Assembly (NCBI RefSeq): GCF_036321535.1
Contig: NC_087437.1
Coordinates: 39,992,001 to 40,056,000, forward strand
DNA length: 64,000 nucleotides
From: Camelus dromedarius
Lineage: Eukaryota
Reading direction: 5' to 3'
In this document: in pieces, positions 51,396 through 64,000 of the stretch
Position numbering within the stretch: the first letter of the stretch is position 1
Layout of the letters: each line of letters starts with the position of its first letter
Program-made: the position numbers and the translations under genes
Notes under the pieces: generated by a model
What the model was told of the DNA's origin: nothing
Databases searched by the model: none
Seen by the model: the letters and a program-made list of their open reading frames with translations, nothing else

Positions 51396-54269
51396 TCGTG
51401 AATTAATGGATCGGATTAGCTAGCAAAGAAACAGGTCTTAAGAAAATAGGAGACAAAAATAGATCCAAATGAGCCAGATAGGAAGTGTGGGAACAAGCAT
51501 CGAAATCATGAAGCTCAAAGGAAAGAGACATGAGGAACTTTGGAAACATCACAGTTCAGCCTATGACTTACTGAATGTGATATGTGACTCCCTAATAAAG
51601 TCAGTTGTGATATGACATATGTAGCTTTAGAAAGAGTCTACGTCAAATTCTTGCATTTGGCCTGGTGGACACGGACATATTAATTCAGACTCCACTTCCA
51701 TCATTTAGGGCATTGAGAAAACTGTTAAACCCCATCCTCACACCTTACATGTAATTTTGCCCAACTGAAACACAAGTGAGTTACATTCAACAGGGGAAGA
51801 CCCAAAAGCATCCAGGTGAGCTATACAGTGCATCCCATGGAACCTACTTATGAGAAATATATGATAAGAACAAGCTATTATATGGTTAATTTTTAAACAA
51901 GAATAGGCTTGCTCCCAATATAAGCTTCAGGCAAATGTTCCATAACGCAAATACTCAATTCTCTCGCGGGAAATGGTGGAGAAATGACTTAGTTGATCAG
52001 ATGCTATATTACACATAAATGAGTAACTTGTGGGAAAAAAGGAAAGGAAAAGAATCAAATACACTTAACACCACAACAAAATTAATATGTTGATTATATT
52101 TTAATCATCCCTTGATCATTCGAACAGAAATTCAAGAAGTTACAAGCCTCTATATCGTTATGATTTTCTCTTATACATGCAGAAGCCTGCCAACTAAAGG
52201 ACAGTTATAATTAAGACAATGCCAACTGAGAGTTTATTTTATAGGTGTATAACATCCTGCACAACTAACTCTTGACTTACAATAAAATAAAATAAAACAA
52301 GAGATTTAACATATAGCAGATTTTAAATGTTCCTCAAGGGATTAAAAACCAAGCCAAAATAGGAGAGAAAACCAAGAATTATTCAACTGTAGTTTTTAAA
52401 TGAAAAAAGGATTTAAATACATAACAGGAAGTTAGGCATAGTTTCTGTAAATAGTCCACATGCGTGCATATCCCAAAAATATACTAAGTATCATCTAGAT
52501 GTCCAAAAACAAACACCAGTTACTCAGAGGCCGAGATAACTTTCTTCCTACAAGAGAAACCAGGTCTGTAAAAGGCTTAGAAGTTAGTAGACTCAGTCCA
52601 CTCCAGGAAACTCTGCTGGTGTTTCCATTATAAACCGCATTTCAGGAGTTTACAAGTTGAATGTTTTTAAAACATATTGGGCTCATAATGAGCTCACACA
52701 TTCTTTAAATGTTCTTTTTGCTCTCCTTTAAAAAGTATGGCCACTTTTGTGAACAAATCATAAACAAAATTTCAGGTGATTATTTTTGGCTGAGCTCCAA
52801 GACACAATGGCAAAATGTTTAAATAGAGGAAAAGGACTAATTATTTTCTTCATTTGGAAAGTAGAGTAGAAAGGCCAACCTGAGAAACACTCTACAGTAC
52901 TTCCGTTCTTCTTTTGCAATATTTTCATTCAGTGGTTCAGGATCCTAGGACTGCAGCTAGGAATATGCAATCAAACTTCAAAAACTCCATTTCTACATCT
53001 GGAGATTTATGCAATAATCGCTCCAGCGTTAGACTTTTCTAAAGTTATTAGTGGTCAAAATTACATGTACCATGAAAGCCAGGAAGACCCTTCGAATGGA
53101 GCTAAAAGCCAGGTGGCAGGGCACCTACACTTAGGTGTCGCCACAAATCCCAAATTCAAACCAACCCTGGAGTTTTACAAGGCCTTTCCCTGAGCCAACC
53201 CCCAGCTTAAAATAGTCCAAGGCAAAAGCTCTGCAGGGAACTGAGTTGATGAGTAGGTTAGGGCTTAAAACCATTTCTTTTAAAACCGGAAAAAAAAAAT
53301 TTGGTGGTTCTGCCAAATATAAAACTACTCTCCACAGCAGTCCCTAACACCTTTAGGGTTTATAAAAGAGGAAGGCAGCAGAGACGCCAAACCAGGGATG
53401 CCTCATTCCCACAAAGAATGGATTGTTGGGTAGAATTCATCAGGCCTTTCACATGGCAATTTTGGACTGTGTGGGAATGCTGAGTTCCAGAACCATGGTC
53501 CTGCACCAGACCAGCAAAAACACCCTGATAGGAGGCAGCTTTGCTGCTAAACCCTCTCACCACACCTTGACCTGGGTGTCAAGCCTCTAACAAAAAGGTG
53601 TTCTCACTGAGCCTGTGAGTTGACAAAACTTCTTCTGACACAGAACTACTTTTCATCTGCAGGCTCCCGTCATAACCAGGAGACTTGAAAAGGAATCTCA
53701 TCCCAAAACGAAGAGTCAGTCCTCATCATGTGTTTGGCCATATGAACTTTGTGAATTGCAAAGATGCAAAAGACACAAATAATACTGATTAAAACCACAC
53801 AAATTCCAACATCTAACTGATAATATGCCACATGTAGGTTAAAGGTCAAAAATGCCCTCCAACGCTGTTCTGTTAGTTGACAGGGGCAAACTTTTCCATC
53901 TGTTTCTGATCTTACCAGTGATTGGTCATTGGCCTCAAAAGAAAAATCCACTGCTAATAATAAATGAAATGAAATTTGCACTTTCCTCTAACTACAATCC
54001 CACCTTCAAAAAGTTTATATAGTTGACTTTTTTCCTCCAGGCCAATTTCCTTGAGAGAAAGGAGAAGGATATGGAGGGAGCAGGCAGCTGGGAGGAGAAG
54101 GGTGCTAATGAGTTGTGTTTGAGTAGAAGGAAGATTTCCCTGAAACACAGCTTAAATTAGCTGAGTTTTGAATGGTTTAAATATATGAGTGATAAGGAAA
54201 AATTAATATCCCTCTCTCTGTCTTTCCCTTACACACACACACACTCTCAGTCCCCCTGAGAGGATGCTG

Positions 54270-54400
54270 TGGAGTACAGTTCGAAAACCAACAATTTAGT
54301 TCATGCCTCTCATTTCACAGATGAAAACCCTGAGGTGTAGAGAGGTTAAATGACTGGCCCAAGGTCATACCTTGTTAATGATGGGCTGGAAGAACAGTTC
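54270..54400 (-). mobile_element. MIR fragment
   Basis: ctcatttcacagatgaaaaccctgaggtgtagagaggttaaatgactggcccaaggtcatac. Confidence 0.85.
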
Positions 54401-56133
54401 TGGCCAGGACTGTTTTGCATTTGTGCCCCTGAGCCCTGTGGAAGCAGCCAGGCAGAAAACTGGACTGGAGGACTGGAATTTTGCAAGGGGAGCAGTGAGA
54501 CAGCAGGGTCACACAACTGAAGACACAGGGAGCCAAGGAGATGGGGTGGTCCCAGGCCGGCCTCTCTGACCCCTGGGGAGGAGTCTGGGACTTGCTTCCC
54601 CACTGCCACCTGAAGCAGGCTCCTTGACAGCACAATCCAATGAAGGGGCCCTACAACTGTTTAAGAGACACAGGAGGGACTTGCAGAGTACCCTTCCATC
54701 AGCTGCCCTCTAGAGGAAGTTGAAATATAACAGAGAAACCTCTCAGCCCCTAAAACTGGGCACTTGATGACCAAAAATGAAGCTGCAGGACATTGAGGCT
54801 ATAGAAACAGTCCTCTCTGGTGATCTCCCTCCTCCCTTTCCCTTACATATCCCCACACAAGTCATCTTTAAGATAGAATGAAGTTAGTATCTCCTTCTGC
54901 TTGAATTGAACAAACACTGGTCTTTCATTGAAGATACCATGGAGAAGCACATATAAATTCCAAGGCAGCACGATAAGGATGAAAGGTCAGAAACTCTGAG
55001 TGGGAGCGTTAGCCAATTGCGGAAATGCCTAAAAGATAGCCTGGCTTTCAGATTCCCAGACTCAAAGGTACCATTCAAGGAAGGAAGATGACCTATATTG
55101 CCTCCCATGTAACTTCCAACCAGTGGACCGAGACAGAGCCTTGAGCTCCAGACAGAGTAAGTTTAATCCCACCCCTAAAAAACAAACCCTTTCAGCTATT
55201 TTATGGTAGCCGTCATGTCCCTTAAGCTTTATTTGAACTAAAAGGAAACTACACAAAGGAAAAAAAGGCAGAGTTATATATTTCCAAACTCGGACACATG
55301 CTAGTTTTTCTTCTTTTTTTCTGCAGGGATGGGCTACTAGACATTGACTCCAGAAGAGAAATGAAGTAACAAAATTTTATCCGAGCCACAGCAATGGGGA
55401 GCAGTCACCTTCTTAGTCCTGGGTGCTGTAGTTAAAAGTGGACAGTTCTGGAGGATGCCAGTTTTTGCTGGACAATAAGATTGAGCAAGACAGAAAGAGT
55501 GCCCCCAGGAAGGGGTGGTGATGAGGAAAAGAGAGGCAGAGAGGGACGAGACTGCTGTGTGATCAGGTGAAGGGAAGGTCCCAGTGAAAAGTGATCTAGG
55601 TCACCCTGAGATGCCTATGGACTCTAAATCATCAGTGTATTGATTGGTGTTCTGGAATGTTGTGCCTCTTTTTCTAGAAATTATCACGTCCTAAACTTTA
55701 CCCCATTTTTTAAAGCAGAGGCCATGGATAACAGATGGTAAGTAACTGTGGTAAACTAGGGTTTATAAATGACATAGTGCACTTGATGCTGCAAGGAAAA
55801 GTGAAACTCATTCATTCCCCCAAATCTTGAGGGAAATATCACAGAGTGAGGGACATGATTCTGGACAGAAACCACAGTAACCTGAAATGGTGAACTGTTT
55901 CCCGACAGGTGACAGTTGACTGGTAAGACCAGTTTAGAGGGGAAAAAAGAATGATTATTTAACCCAGGCTAACCCACTAAGCAGATGCCTTCTGGTTAAT
56001 ATTTAACGCATTACATGTAGTATTCACTACCTTGATTAGAAATGAAACAATATACATTGTTTTCAACAATAGGTATGTTGATGTGTTGCTATGTACCAGC
56101 CTACTTACTGTTTGGTGCTTTTCATAGATTAGT

Positions 56134-56651
56134 TGTATCAGTTAGCATATAGGCTAAGCTGCTATAACAAAGGGACCCCAAAATACAGTGGCATAAACGA
56201 GAGAAGTGTGCTTTTTCTCACGTAACAGTCCAGAGTGGGGCAGGCATCACTGCCAGGCAGGTAGGCAGCTCCAATTGGCAAGGTCACCCAGGGTTCCAGA
56301 TTCCTCCTAGCTTACTGCTCTGTCATTTCGTAGGGTGGTGTTCTCACCAACAGGGTCAGAGCTGACTCACTGTCATCAGTCTACTTTCCTGCCTATAGGA
56401 AGGGGGAGGGGGAGAGGAAATGGTGAACAGGTAGCTTCCTTTTCTAAACTGCAGATAATTTAAAGACAGTTCTGCTCACATTCCATGGGACAGAACCCTA
56501 ATGGTAAGGCCATATCTAACTAACTCCAAGGGATGCTGGAAATGTAACCAATAACTGAATGGCCATACTCTTAACTAGAGTTCAGGTGGTTGTGTTATTA
56601 AAAGGAGAGAGGAGGGGAATAGATATTGGAGGCAATTTGCAGTCTCTGCCA
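56134..56651 (-). mobile_element. Old MLT1 (MLT1J/K-like) LTR inserted into a MIR (MIR halves at about 56070-56133 and 56652-56825)
   Basis: tgtatcagttag...ggctaagctgctataacaaa...ctgctcacattccatgggacagaac...caagggatgctggaaatgta...gcagtctctgcca. Confidence 0.8.
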
Positions 56652-59309
56652 TTTTACCTCACTTAGCCCTTTCAACAATCCTATATTATGATACTTTATT
56701 TTTTTAAAACAAACAATGCATCATTGCTGTCAGTAATTCGCCCAAGCACCACAGCAGGAAGTTGCAGAGGTGGAACTCAAACTCGTCTGTAAGTCTGAAA
56801 ACCCATCTTCATTCTACTATACCATGGACCATGCACCCAGTCAATCTTACTCCAACAGACAAGGCATGTGCTCAGGAATAAAACTCGTGCCATGTGGCCT
56901 TTTCCTTTAAGTCAGTGCCTTTTAAGAAAATAACAACACCAACAGAAAGATTTTTATAAGGAAAAGAATATGAAAAAACTCCTTTTTAGAAAATAAAAAG
57001 TTGAGGGGAGAGGAAAATGGCAAAGAATTTATTAAAATACCACCATAAAAGACACTTGAAAGAATGGATTTTTTTTTCCTACCACCATAAAGCAATCTAT
57101 TTTGGTGATGTCGACCATGAATTGTATTGATAAGAATAAAAGGGCTCATATGGAACAACTTTCTTATTATTGAATATCCACAATGAGCTGCTGCAGGGCA
57201 ATCTAAAACAGCAATGGTCTGGTTTGGTAGAGGTGATGTATGTACACACATGTGCACACACACACATATATCTCTATAAAATAGCATCACTGCACCCTAC
57301 TAATCTTAAATTCCTAAACACCTGGTGGATCTATGTCATGAGATAAATGCTCATAGAATAAAAATTTACAGTCCCACACATTCATGAAATTTGCGTAAGC
57401 ACTTTCAAGAAAGGAGGGCTCTGCTTGGGATAAGGATTTCCGCCCTTCCTTTCCCTCAAATCAAGAGATATACGTTATAATCTCCAGCTAGCTCCCTGGC
57501 AAATCTCCATCCTTTTCAACCTGACAGACTGTTTGTCAGTTAAACTCCCCTTGTCATGTACCCCCACCGCTGCCAACTCGTGCACGGAGACCTTCAGTTT
57601 CACTGCTACCACTTGCACCCTCTGCAACCTTTGTCATTGATCACTGATCCGATCCAGTGCCCACATGTTCTTCAAGTGCCTACACAAGTAATGAGGTACT
57701 TGTGGTGTAAAATTAAACTGTCAACTGTCAGCGATTGATAACCACAGTGAGAGCTGACCTAGAACACCTGCACCAGTGGCCAAGACAGGTGTGACATGTT
57801 TGATCGCTGAGGCCTGCTAGTCAGTCTGACCCAGCGCTGTCCCTTCATGGACTTTCCTTGCATTTCAGGCTCCCAGCTTTGCTGCATCCTACGGCGAGCA
57901 CCCCCAGGTGGCAGAATCCACTCTGATGGCCTACTGGGGCAGCGTGGTCAGAGTGGCCGTGAGGGAGCATATGTCAAGTCAGTGGGTTGGTCTGAAGGGA
58001 GTATGGCTTCGAGGTTTTCAAAGGTGGCTTTTGGACACAGCCTGGTGGTTTTTCTCCTGCATCCCCCCAGGTTCCCTCTGAGAGCTGGGCTGGGTGGCAG
58101 GTTTCATACACACCTCCCTCCCTCAATTGGACCTTCCAGGCGTGTGCCAGTGCCTGGCAGAAGGGCCTTTCCTTCAAGGCAGGCAGGCACACAGTCGTCA
58201 CTAAGAGTCTGGTGGAAGAATGAAGCAGCCCTAATGGAACTGCCTTCTGGCTCAGAGCATTTGCTTGACAGCATTTCAGTGGAACCAGCTCACATTCTGT
58301 TAAAGCACCATAAATGCAAGGTTTTCCTACTTCTATGTAATTGAATAACCAGCACAAAGGAAAAACATGTTCTGCTCTGATGATACGTGTTTTCAGCCAG
58401 AGTTGCTGCACAGCATTTAAATAAAGTTTTTCTAGGAGTTTCATCATTTAAATGTTAGAGAGAAATTTTTTTTTTAACCTTAAGCAAAACTGCACTTAAA
58501 TACCTAAAACATCCTTTGTGAAAAATCTGAGAAGCATGATGGGATTCCCACCCATTCCACCAGCCCACCCCCACCAAACAGTTGCACTATATTAAGTTCA
58601 TGTGATGAGAAGATAAAAATCTATTAACTTTCCGCTGACCTTATCGACACAGGAATCTCTGCAGACATTACAAAAGCCATATCTCTTCTGACTTTTACAT
58701 CCAGAACCTCATGCTCCAAAGTCCCAAACCAAATGTAAAATCTTCATGATGAGTGAAACCCTGACACCAATTCAGATTCCGGGCTGGCTGGCTTGCAGTC
58801 GATGGAGGCTCCTCTGGGGCACAGAGGCTGGCCTTTACTTTGCATTTGACTTGAGGGGCTTTTTTTTTCCACCATATGCTACTGGGGACTCTGAATCAAA
58901 ACTATTTCACGAGGACCATATGTTACGAGAAACGCATGATGGAAAATGAACAGCAAGAAGTTGCCCCATATCACCAGGTGATGTATTACAAACATAATTA
59001 AACCTGAGTAATGTGCAGTGTTATTTCAGTTAATCATTTCTTTTTTCAATTTAAGCAAGGAAAACATAGCCCAATTTCCAAATGACATACCAAAGTTCAG
59101 ATAAGCTAAATGCAAACTGGTGGGAAAGGAATAAAGTAAGAGTTGAACAGCACTGTTTAAGCGTCTATAAAAGGTCTTAGTACATGTGAGACATGTCGAT
59201 TGGAAGGTGACACATGAGACACCATGCAAACAAGAAGTTTCAAACCCTACTCATTTTCCTTTCTAATCAACAATGAATTCAAATTATCCACCTCCCTCAC
59301 AAACAAGCA

Positions 59310-59435
59310 GCAAGTCAAATGACCACTTGTGTTGGTTTTGGGAATGCAAGAGCATGCTTTCCCATAGAAATTCCATTATCGGTAGCTGTTAGGTGCCCAA
59401 GCTAGCCCATGAAGACCTGTTTAGCCCAATTGTTT
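59310..59435. mobile_element. Tigger15a-like fragment, opposite orientation to the copy at 19270
   Basis: gcatgctttcccatagaaattccattatcggtagctgttaggtgcccaagctagcccat. Confidence 0.5.
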
Positions 59436-59889
59436 CTAAGAAATTTGATATTTCTACTCTACATTTATGGCATGGCTTGGAGGGAGGATAGAGAATTATT
59501 CAAGTCAACTCAATTCAATTCATTTATTTGGTCCTTACTATATTTTCCCAGAATATACTGATTACTCCATTTCCCCAGAGGGTATCCCAATTTCCTCTCT
59601 TCCCACATGAACCCTCAGAATATTTTACCTGTACTCTCTTAATCACTTCCTACCTGAACGGAGCTAATTACTCCACTGCTAACTAGCTTTTTAGTTTAGT
59701 TTTAGTAATCCAAGCCCTGAATGAGGCAGATTGGCCATTCATATACATGAATGGATGATTGAGTAAACAGAGGAATACAATCTGCTAAGGTCGCCAAACA
59801 TATTTTTTCTCCATCAGTGAGACTGGGAATCATGGGATTTGGTTGAAGAAGAGAGGGAGAGAATAAAATAATGATGATGACAATGATAA

Positions 59890-60100
59890 GGATGATAACA
59901 GCAAATGATATTTATTGTGTTTCCCTAGGACAAGTACCAGCATAAGAACTCTACAAGTATTGATTAATTTACTCCTCACAACTCTGTGTGGTGGATCATG
60001 TGTCTGTCCCCATTCTACAGATGGGGATACTGCATGCAGAGACATGAAGTGAGTTTCCCAAGTTCACACAAATAGTATAATAGGTATTTCTGAACACCAG
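59890..60100 (-). mobile_element. MIR SINE
   Basis: atttactcctcacaactctgtg...cccattctacagatggggatactgcatgcagagacatgaagtgagtttcccaagttcacaca. Confidence 0.85.
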
Positions 60101-60259
60101 AAGTGTATTTGCTGGGTACTTGTGCATTACAGGGAGTATCTTGCTATATGTCTCCATAATGCAAAGCCTCTTTCTGCCTTTCCAACCTGCATTAGAAAAG
60201 GAACTTCTCAGGTAAAATACTCTACAGCTACTTCTTCAGTTCTCATTTGCGAACCCGAA

Positions 60260-60610
60260 CATAAGCTCTGTGAGAGCAAGGACCTTGTCGGTCTTGCTCA
60301 CAGTACCCCCAGCCTCTAGACCAACAGGTGTGCCACAGATGTTTGCTGGATGAAGGAGTGAAGGAGTCTGTTCTTCGGTGGTGATGGTAGGTCTATCGAT
60401 GGGACTCTGCACTCAGGTTCCCTCTGAAAGTTTCCTGGTTTACAAGTCCTACAAGGAGAGCTTTTCAAACTTGCATAATGATGAGAATCTCTTATGGCAC
60501 TTGACTGAACACCCCTTCTTCCTGGAGATTCTGAGTAAGAGAACTGAGGTGAGGCCCAGGAATCTGTTTTTGTTGACATGTTGCTGTTGTGGTCTGGGAC
60601 AGATGTTTCA
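60260..60610. mobile_element. L2 3' end (60260-60365, +) followed by a MER5-like relic (about 60455-60610)
   Basis: ataagctctgtgagagcaaggaccttgtcggtcttgctcacagtacccccagcctctag; gagattctgagtaag...ggtgaggcccaggaatctg. Confidence 0.65.
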
Positions 60611-61386
60611 GGTGGTTCTAAGCTTAGGAAACCCTCCCCAAAGGGTACGGCTCTGTCTCCTGGGACACCACTTGCATGGTAGTTACAGATATTTGCAAAT
60701 TCCCAAAGAGTGACGAACACAATTTCTAGCCACTGCCACCATTTATCCAGAAAACCCATGCATTATGCTGGATTGCAAGACAGAAAGGGGTCTTGCGCTT
60801 CTGCCTCAGCTGACTTCTCAACAAGGTTCTGCAGATCTCAATCAGGCCTAGGAAGGCTTCCATTCACACATTTCTTCCCTGACTCCTGCCCTTTCCAAGG
60901 GTGCATCAATGTCTGCTGAATGAATGAATGATGGAACGATTTCCAATGGGGGCAAAACAAGCAAGCCAGGCAGTTATAAAGAATGGGAGTGTTGCATCAG
61001 CCTCACTTGGGGGTTGCACGTAATAACATATAAAAACAAACAATGACAAACAATTGATACATTAACACATCCTGTTTCTACTGCTTTCCTTCTGATTGAG
61101 GAACATTCTTATAACAGCTAACCATCTCAGGCCTCAGAATCATTATTTAACTTTTAAAGAAATATTTTATTTTCCTTAGTTATGATGGGATATATTTAAC
61201 CTCGGGATCTGAAAGATTAACCTAGCCTTGCAGCTATCATGTTCTTTCTTCCAATTCTTCTTCTCCCCTTTTCCTCCAATCCAATAATCTGCACCCAGAA
61301 ATCAGTAACGCACATCAATTTGGATGGGATAAAAGGCAAGTATCTAAAGATGCTAAGTGTCGATGATTCTCTTTTAGAGTCTAGAA

Positions 61387-61600
61387 CAAGGCTTCTACAC
61401 ATTGGTGCTATTGAAATTGTGAGCAAGCTAATTCTTTGCTGTGGGGGCCTCCTGTGCATTGGAGACTGTTGAGCAGCATCCCCGGCCTCTACCCACTAGA
61501 TGCCAATAGGCACCCCACCCCTCAGTTATGACAATCAAAAGTGTCTCCAGATATGCCAGGTGTCCCATGGGGATCACAACTACCCATAGTTGAGAACCAA
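61387..61600. mobile_element. MER20 (hAT-Charlie) DNA transposon
   Basis: taattctttgctgtgggggcctcctgtgcattggagactgttgagcagcatccccggcctctacccactagatgcca...gacaatcaaaagtgtctccaga...gttgagaacca. Confidence 0.93.
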
Positions 61601-62322
61601 CCACTCAAGTAGAATGATTTTTTTTTTAAACAGTGTATTTTTTAACTGATCGATTGGCCAATATTTGGTCCTATGTACAAGGATACATTAACCCATAAAG
61701 TTGCTTAAACAGTAAATAATATTATAAATATAATTTTCAAAGAAACTGTTGGTTCAAAGGGATCTTGACTACCCTTTTAGGTATGAGGTTTAGTGGACAC
61801 CAGGAAGAAGCTGGAATGGAATTTGACATAGCTGAGATTTTACCCAAAAAAATTCAGTTGAGGAGAGAGCAGGAAAACTAACTAAAATGTCTCACTTTTG
61901 GCAAAAACATCCAAAGTGCAATGTACTTTGCCAACATCTTTGCCCTTGGATTTTTTTTTTTTTTAATTTAAAGGTAGTTCAAGGGTAGTTTTAATCTGTA
62001 TGTTCCTGGTTACTATGATCTAAAAATCATCAAAATGCTCTTTTATAAGAGTGTCTCCTATGCTTTGATGTCCAAGAAGCTGGGGGCCCTTTTTTATGTG
62101 CTTATTTTCTTTTGAACCAGGAAATTGTGTTTTGCCAAGAGCAAATGGAACTTGAGCCTCAAAAGATTTGAGTTCTGTTTGAAACGTAGTATCCACAAAT
62201 TCTCGGCAAGTTTGCAACTTGACAAAATACACGCTCTCACCTTCCCTCAGACCAAATCTCTCTTGGCTCTATTTTAAATCATAGTTAACAAAATCCTAGA
62301 TGCCTAAGAATTACTCCAGGAG

Positions 62323-62398
62323 AAAAAAGAGCTACACGACCAAACAGAAATTCTGACAAAAAAAAGAGCTACATGACCAAACAGAAATTCTGACAAAA
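62323..62398. repeat. 37-bp tandem duplication
   Basis: aaaaaagagctaca[c/t]gaccaaacagaaattctgacaa occurs twice, with one substitution. Confidence 0.95.
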
Positions 62399-64000
62399 CT
62401 CCGTTCCGGGTTGGATTCATGATCAAAATGCTACCCAATGTAAGAGAAGATGAGAGACGTTAGATGGGTAAGAGAGAGAGAAAAGGGAGAGAGAGATAGG
62501 CTAAGTGACACGTTCTTTGACTTTCCCCAGGACCAAATCCAGCAAGCAAGATATTACATCAAAGTTAAATTGTTTACATATTGGGTGAACTGTCCGGTTT
62601 TTTTTCCTTACCATTGATTTCCACAGTACAAAAATATTATTTCAGTGGCAAGGATGTAAACCTTATTCATAACAGGATTTCAACCACATCCTGAGAACGA
62701 AGCATCTCTTCAGATAGTGTGCCCTCATTTATATTGAAAGCATGCTGGTTTTATTTGTCAGTGTTTGTTGAGGGGGTCACAATATCAGGAAGCAGGAGAT
62801 GGTTCATCAAAGCGTCTCTGCAAGCCCCCACTACTCATCAATTAGACAGTGCCTTGTTTTTAACATCAGGACGGAAATGCATCTCCTATGACCCATTGTT
62901 AGAAGCTTCCTTCTGTCTTTAAGTTTTTTGGAAGGAGCACTTAGGACTCGACTTCTTTTTTCCAATAGGTAATTGTCACTAATTAATGCTCCTGTTGTAT
63001 TCAAGAATGTGGACCTGTGACCCTGAGTAATCTGGGCCTGCATCTCTGGCCTTGGAGCAAGGACACTGTAATCTCCTGACACTACCCACGGGGCCCGGGT
63101 CACAGACACAAGGCTTCCCGCTGGGTTCCTGAGCAGGCCTCTGCTTCAAAGCCTGTGAGTTCAGTGGAGCAGCCTGACTTCAAGGACAATGTGGCATCTG
63201 GCCAGTGACTGCAGTCTGCGGTGAGGAGAAGGTCTCTTCTCTGAAGGTGTAGAGCATTTTCTGCAGAAGCCAGGGCCTCTAGGTGTATTCATTCCACATC
63301 CATCCGCTGGGCTCCTGCTCTGTGCCAGGCTCTCTCCCAGGCACTGAGGGGGAAATGAATAAAGCAGAGTACCTGGTGGCAAGGAACTAAGGTGAAGTTC
63401 AGCCCCTCATTAAATATCCTTCTAAGTATAACTAGACAAGTAGGTTTTAGTTTCCTTTTTAGAGCTAATGGGATAGGAAAAGAAAAATGGTGCTTGTAAT
63501 CTTTTTACTTATAAAAACTGATGAACTCACATATCCATGAATTCAGCTCATTCCTCCATGATTCGTCATTTACTTTCCCTTCTCTTCCCTATCTCTCCTT
63601 TCCCTTAATGTCAGTCTCTCTCTCACACACACATACATACACACAAACTAAAGCACAGGAATTTCTGATGAGCATATATTCACAATGGCTTCAGGAAAGG
63701 GAGAGAGAGATGTATCTATGTACACACTCCCATAACCCTCAGTGAAAGACTAGATTTTAAGGATGCCCATCCAATAGTCCTCTTTCACTTAAAGAGGGCT
63801 TTATGTTTCCTCTAGCAGTAAATCTTCCTCCTAAATCAAGGCCAGGAGCTACTCTTGTGCATAAACACCCTTGGATTAATTTCAAATCAATAAAAGCAAT
63901 ATAAACAAATGCCCAATGTTTAAAAAAGAAAAAGGAAACTCTACACCTCACAATAGATAAACAAAAGGCTTGGTGCTTATTGTATAAAAGAGTCTTCACA

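Larger units (their letters stand above)
1..64000 (-). other. Probable interior of a long intron of an unidentified minus-strand gene (intergenic not excluded)
   Basis: No recognisable coding exon. All five L1 segments lie on + (intronic L1s are usually antisense to the host), all long dinucleotide tracts read (CA)n on +, and the longest homopolymers on + are A runs. Inference only. Confidence 0.5.

Noticed and set aside
49236..53953. Small minus-strand exon-like segments at 53950/53953-53916 and 49285-49236
   Set aside because: Splice signals are plausible, but joining them gives stop codons in the open frames and the peptides are unrecognisable; treated as pseudo-exons.
19270..59435. Two Tigger15a-like fragments in opposite orientation about 40 kb apart, as ends of a large composite element
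   Set aside because: Both are short, highly diverged copies of an abundant family with no shared TSD; independent insertions are more likely.
1..64000. CRISPR arrays, operons, tRNA/rRNA genes or other prokaryote-type systems
   Set aside because: The sequence is mammalian non-coding DNA; no regularly spaced repeat-spacer array, gene-dense ORF run or structured RNA gene was seen.

Overview
This is mammalian (eutherian) genomic DNA, not prokaryotic. It is AT-rich, CpG-depleted and scattered with old interspersed repeats (MIR, L2, L3/CR1, L1M, MLT1 LTRs, MER5/MER20/Tigger DNA transposons). The younger L1 3' ends look cetartiodactyl, and the youngest resembles camelid L1 as I remember it. I saw no Alu, B1/B2, Bov-A/BovB, PRE-1 or Can-SINE copies. 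I could not recognise any host protein-coding exon, RNA gene or CpG island. The only ORFs with recognisable homology are L1 ORF2 C-terminal remnants. Strand polarity (all L1s on +, all long (CA)n on +) suggests the window lies inside a long intron of a gene transcribed on the minus strand; I cannot name the gene. The clearest non-trivial structure is a young 5'-truncated L1 at 23551-24490. It carries a 3' transduction: about 250 bp of foreign unique sequence with its own AATAAA and second A-tail, all bracketed by a 20-bp target-site duplication, possibly with an earlier small transduction nested inside. Other points are a nested MLT1-in-MLT1 insertion with TSD, several repeat-poor motif-dense enhancer candidates, a candidate recursive splice site and a few cryptic exon candidates. 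I found no evidence for a new multi-gene biological system. Repeat family names and boundaries come from recognition by eye and are approximate.
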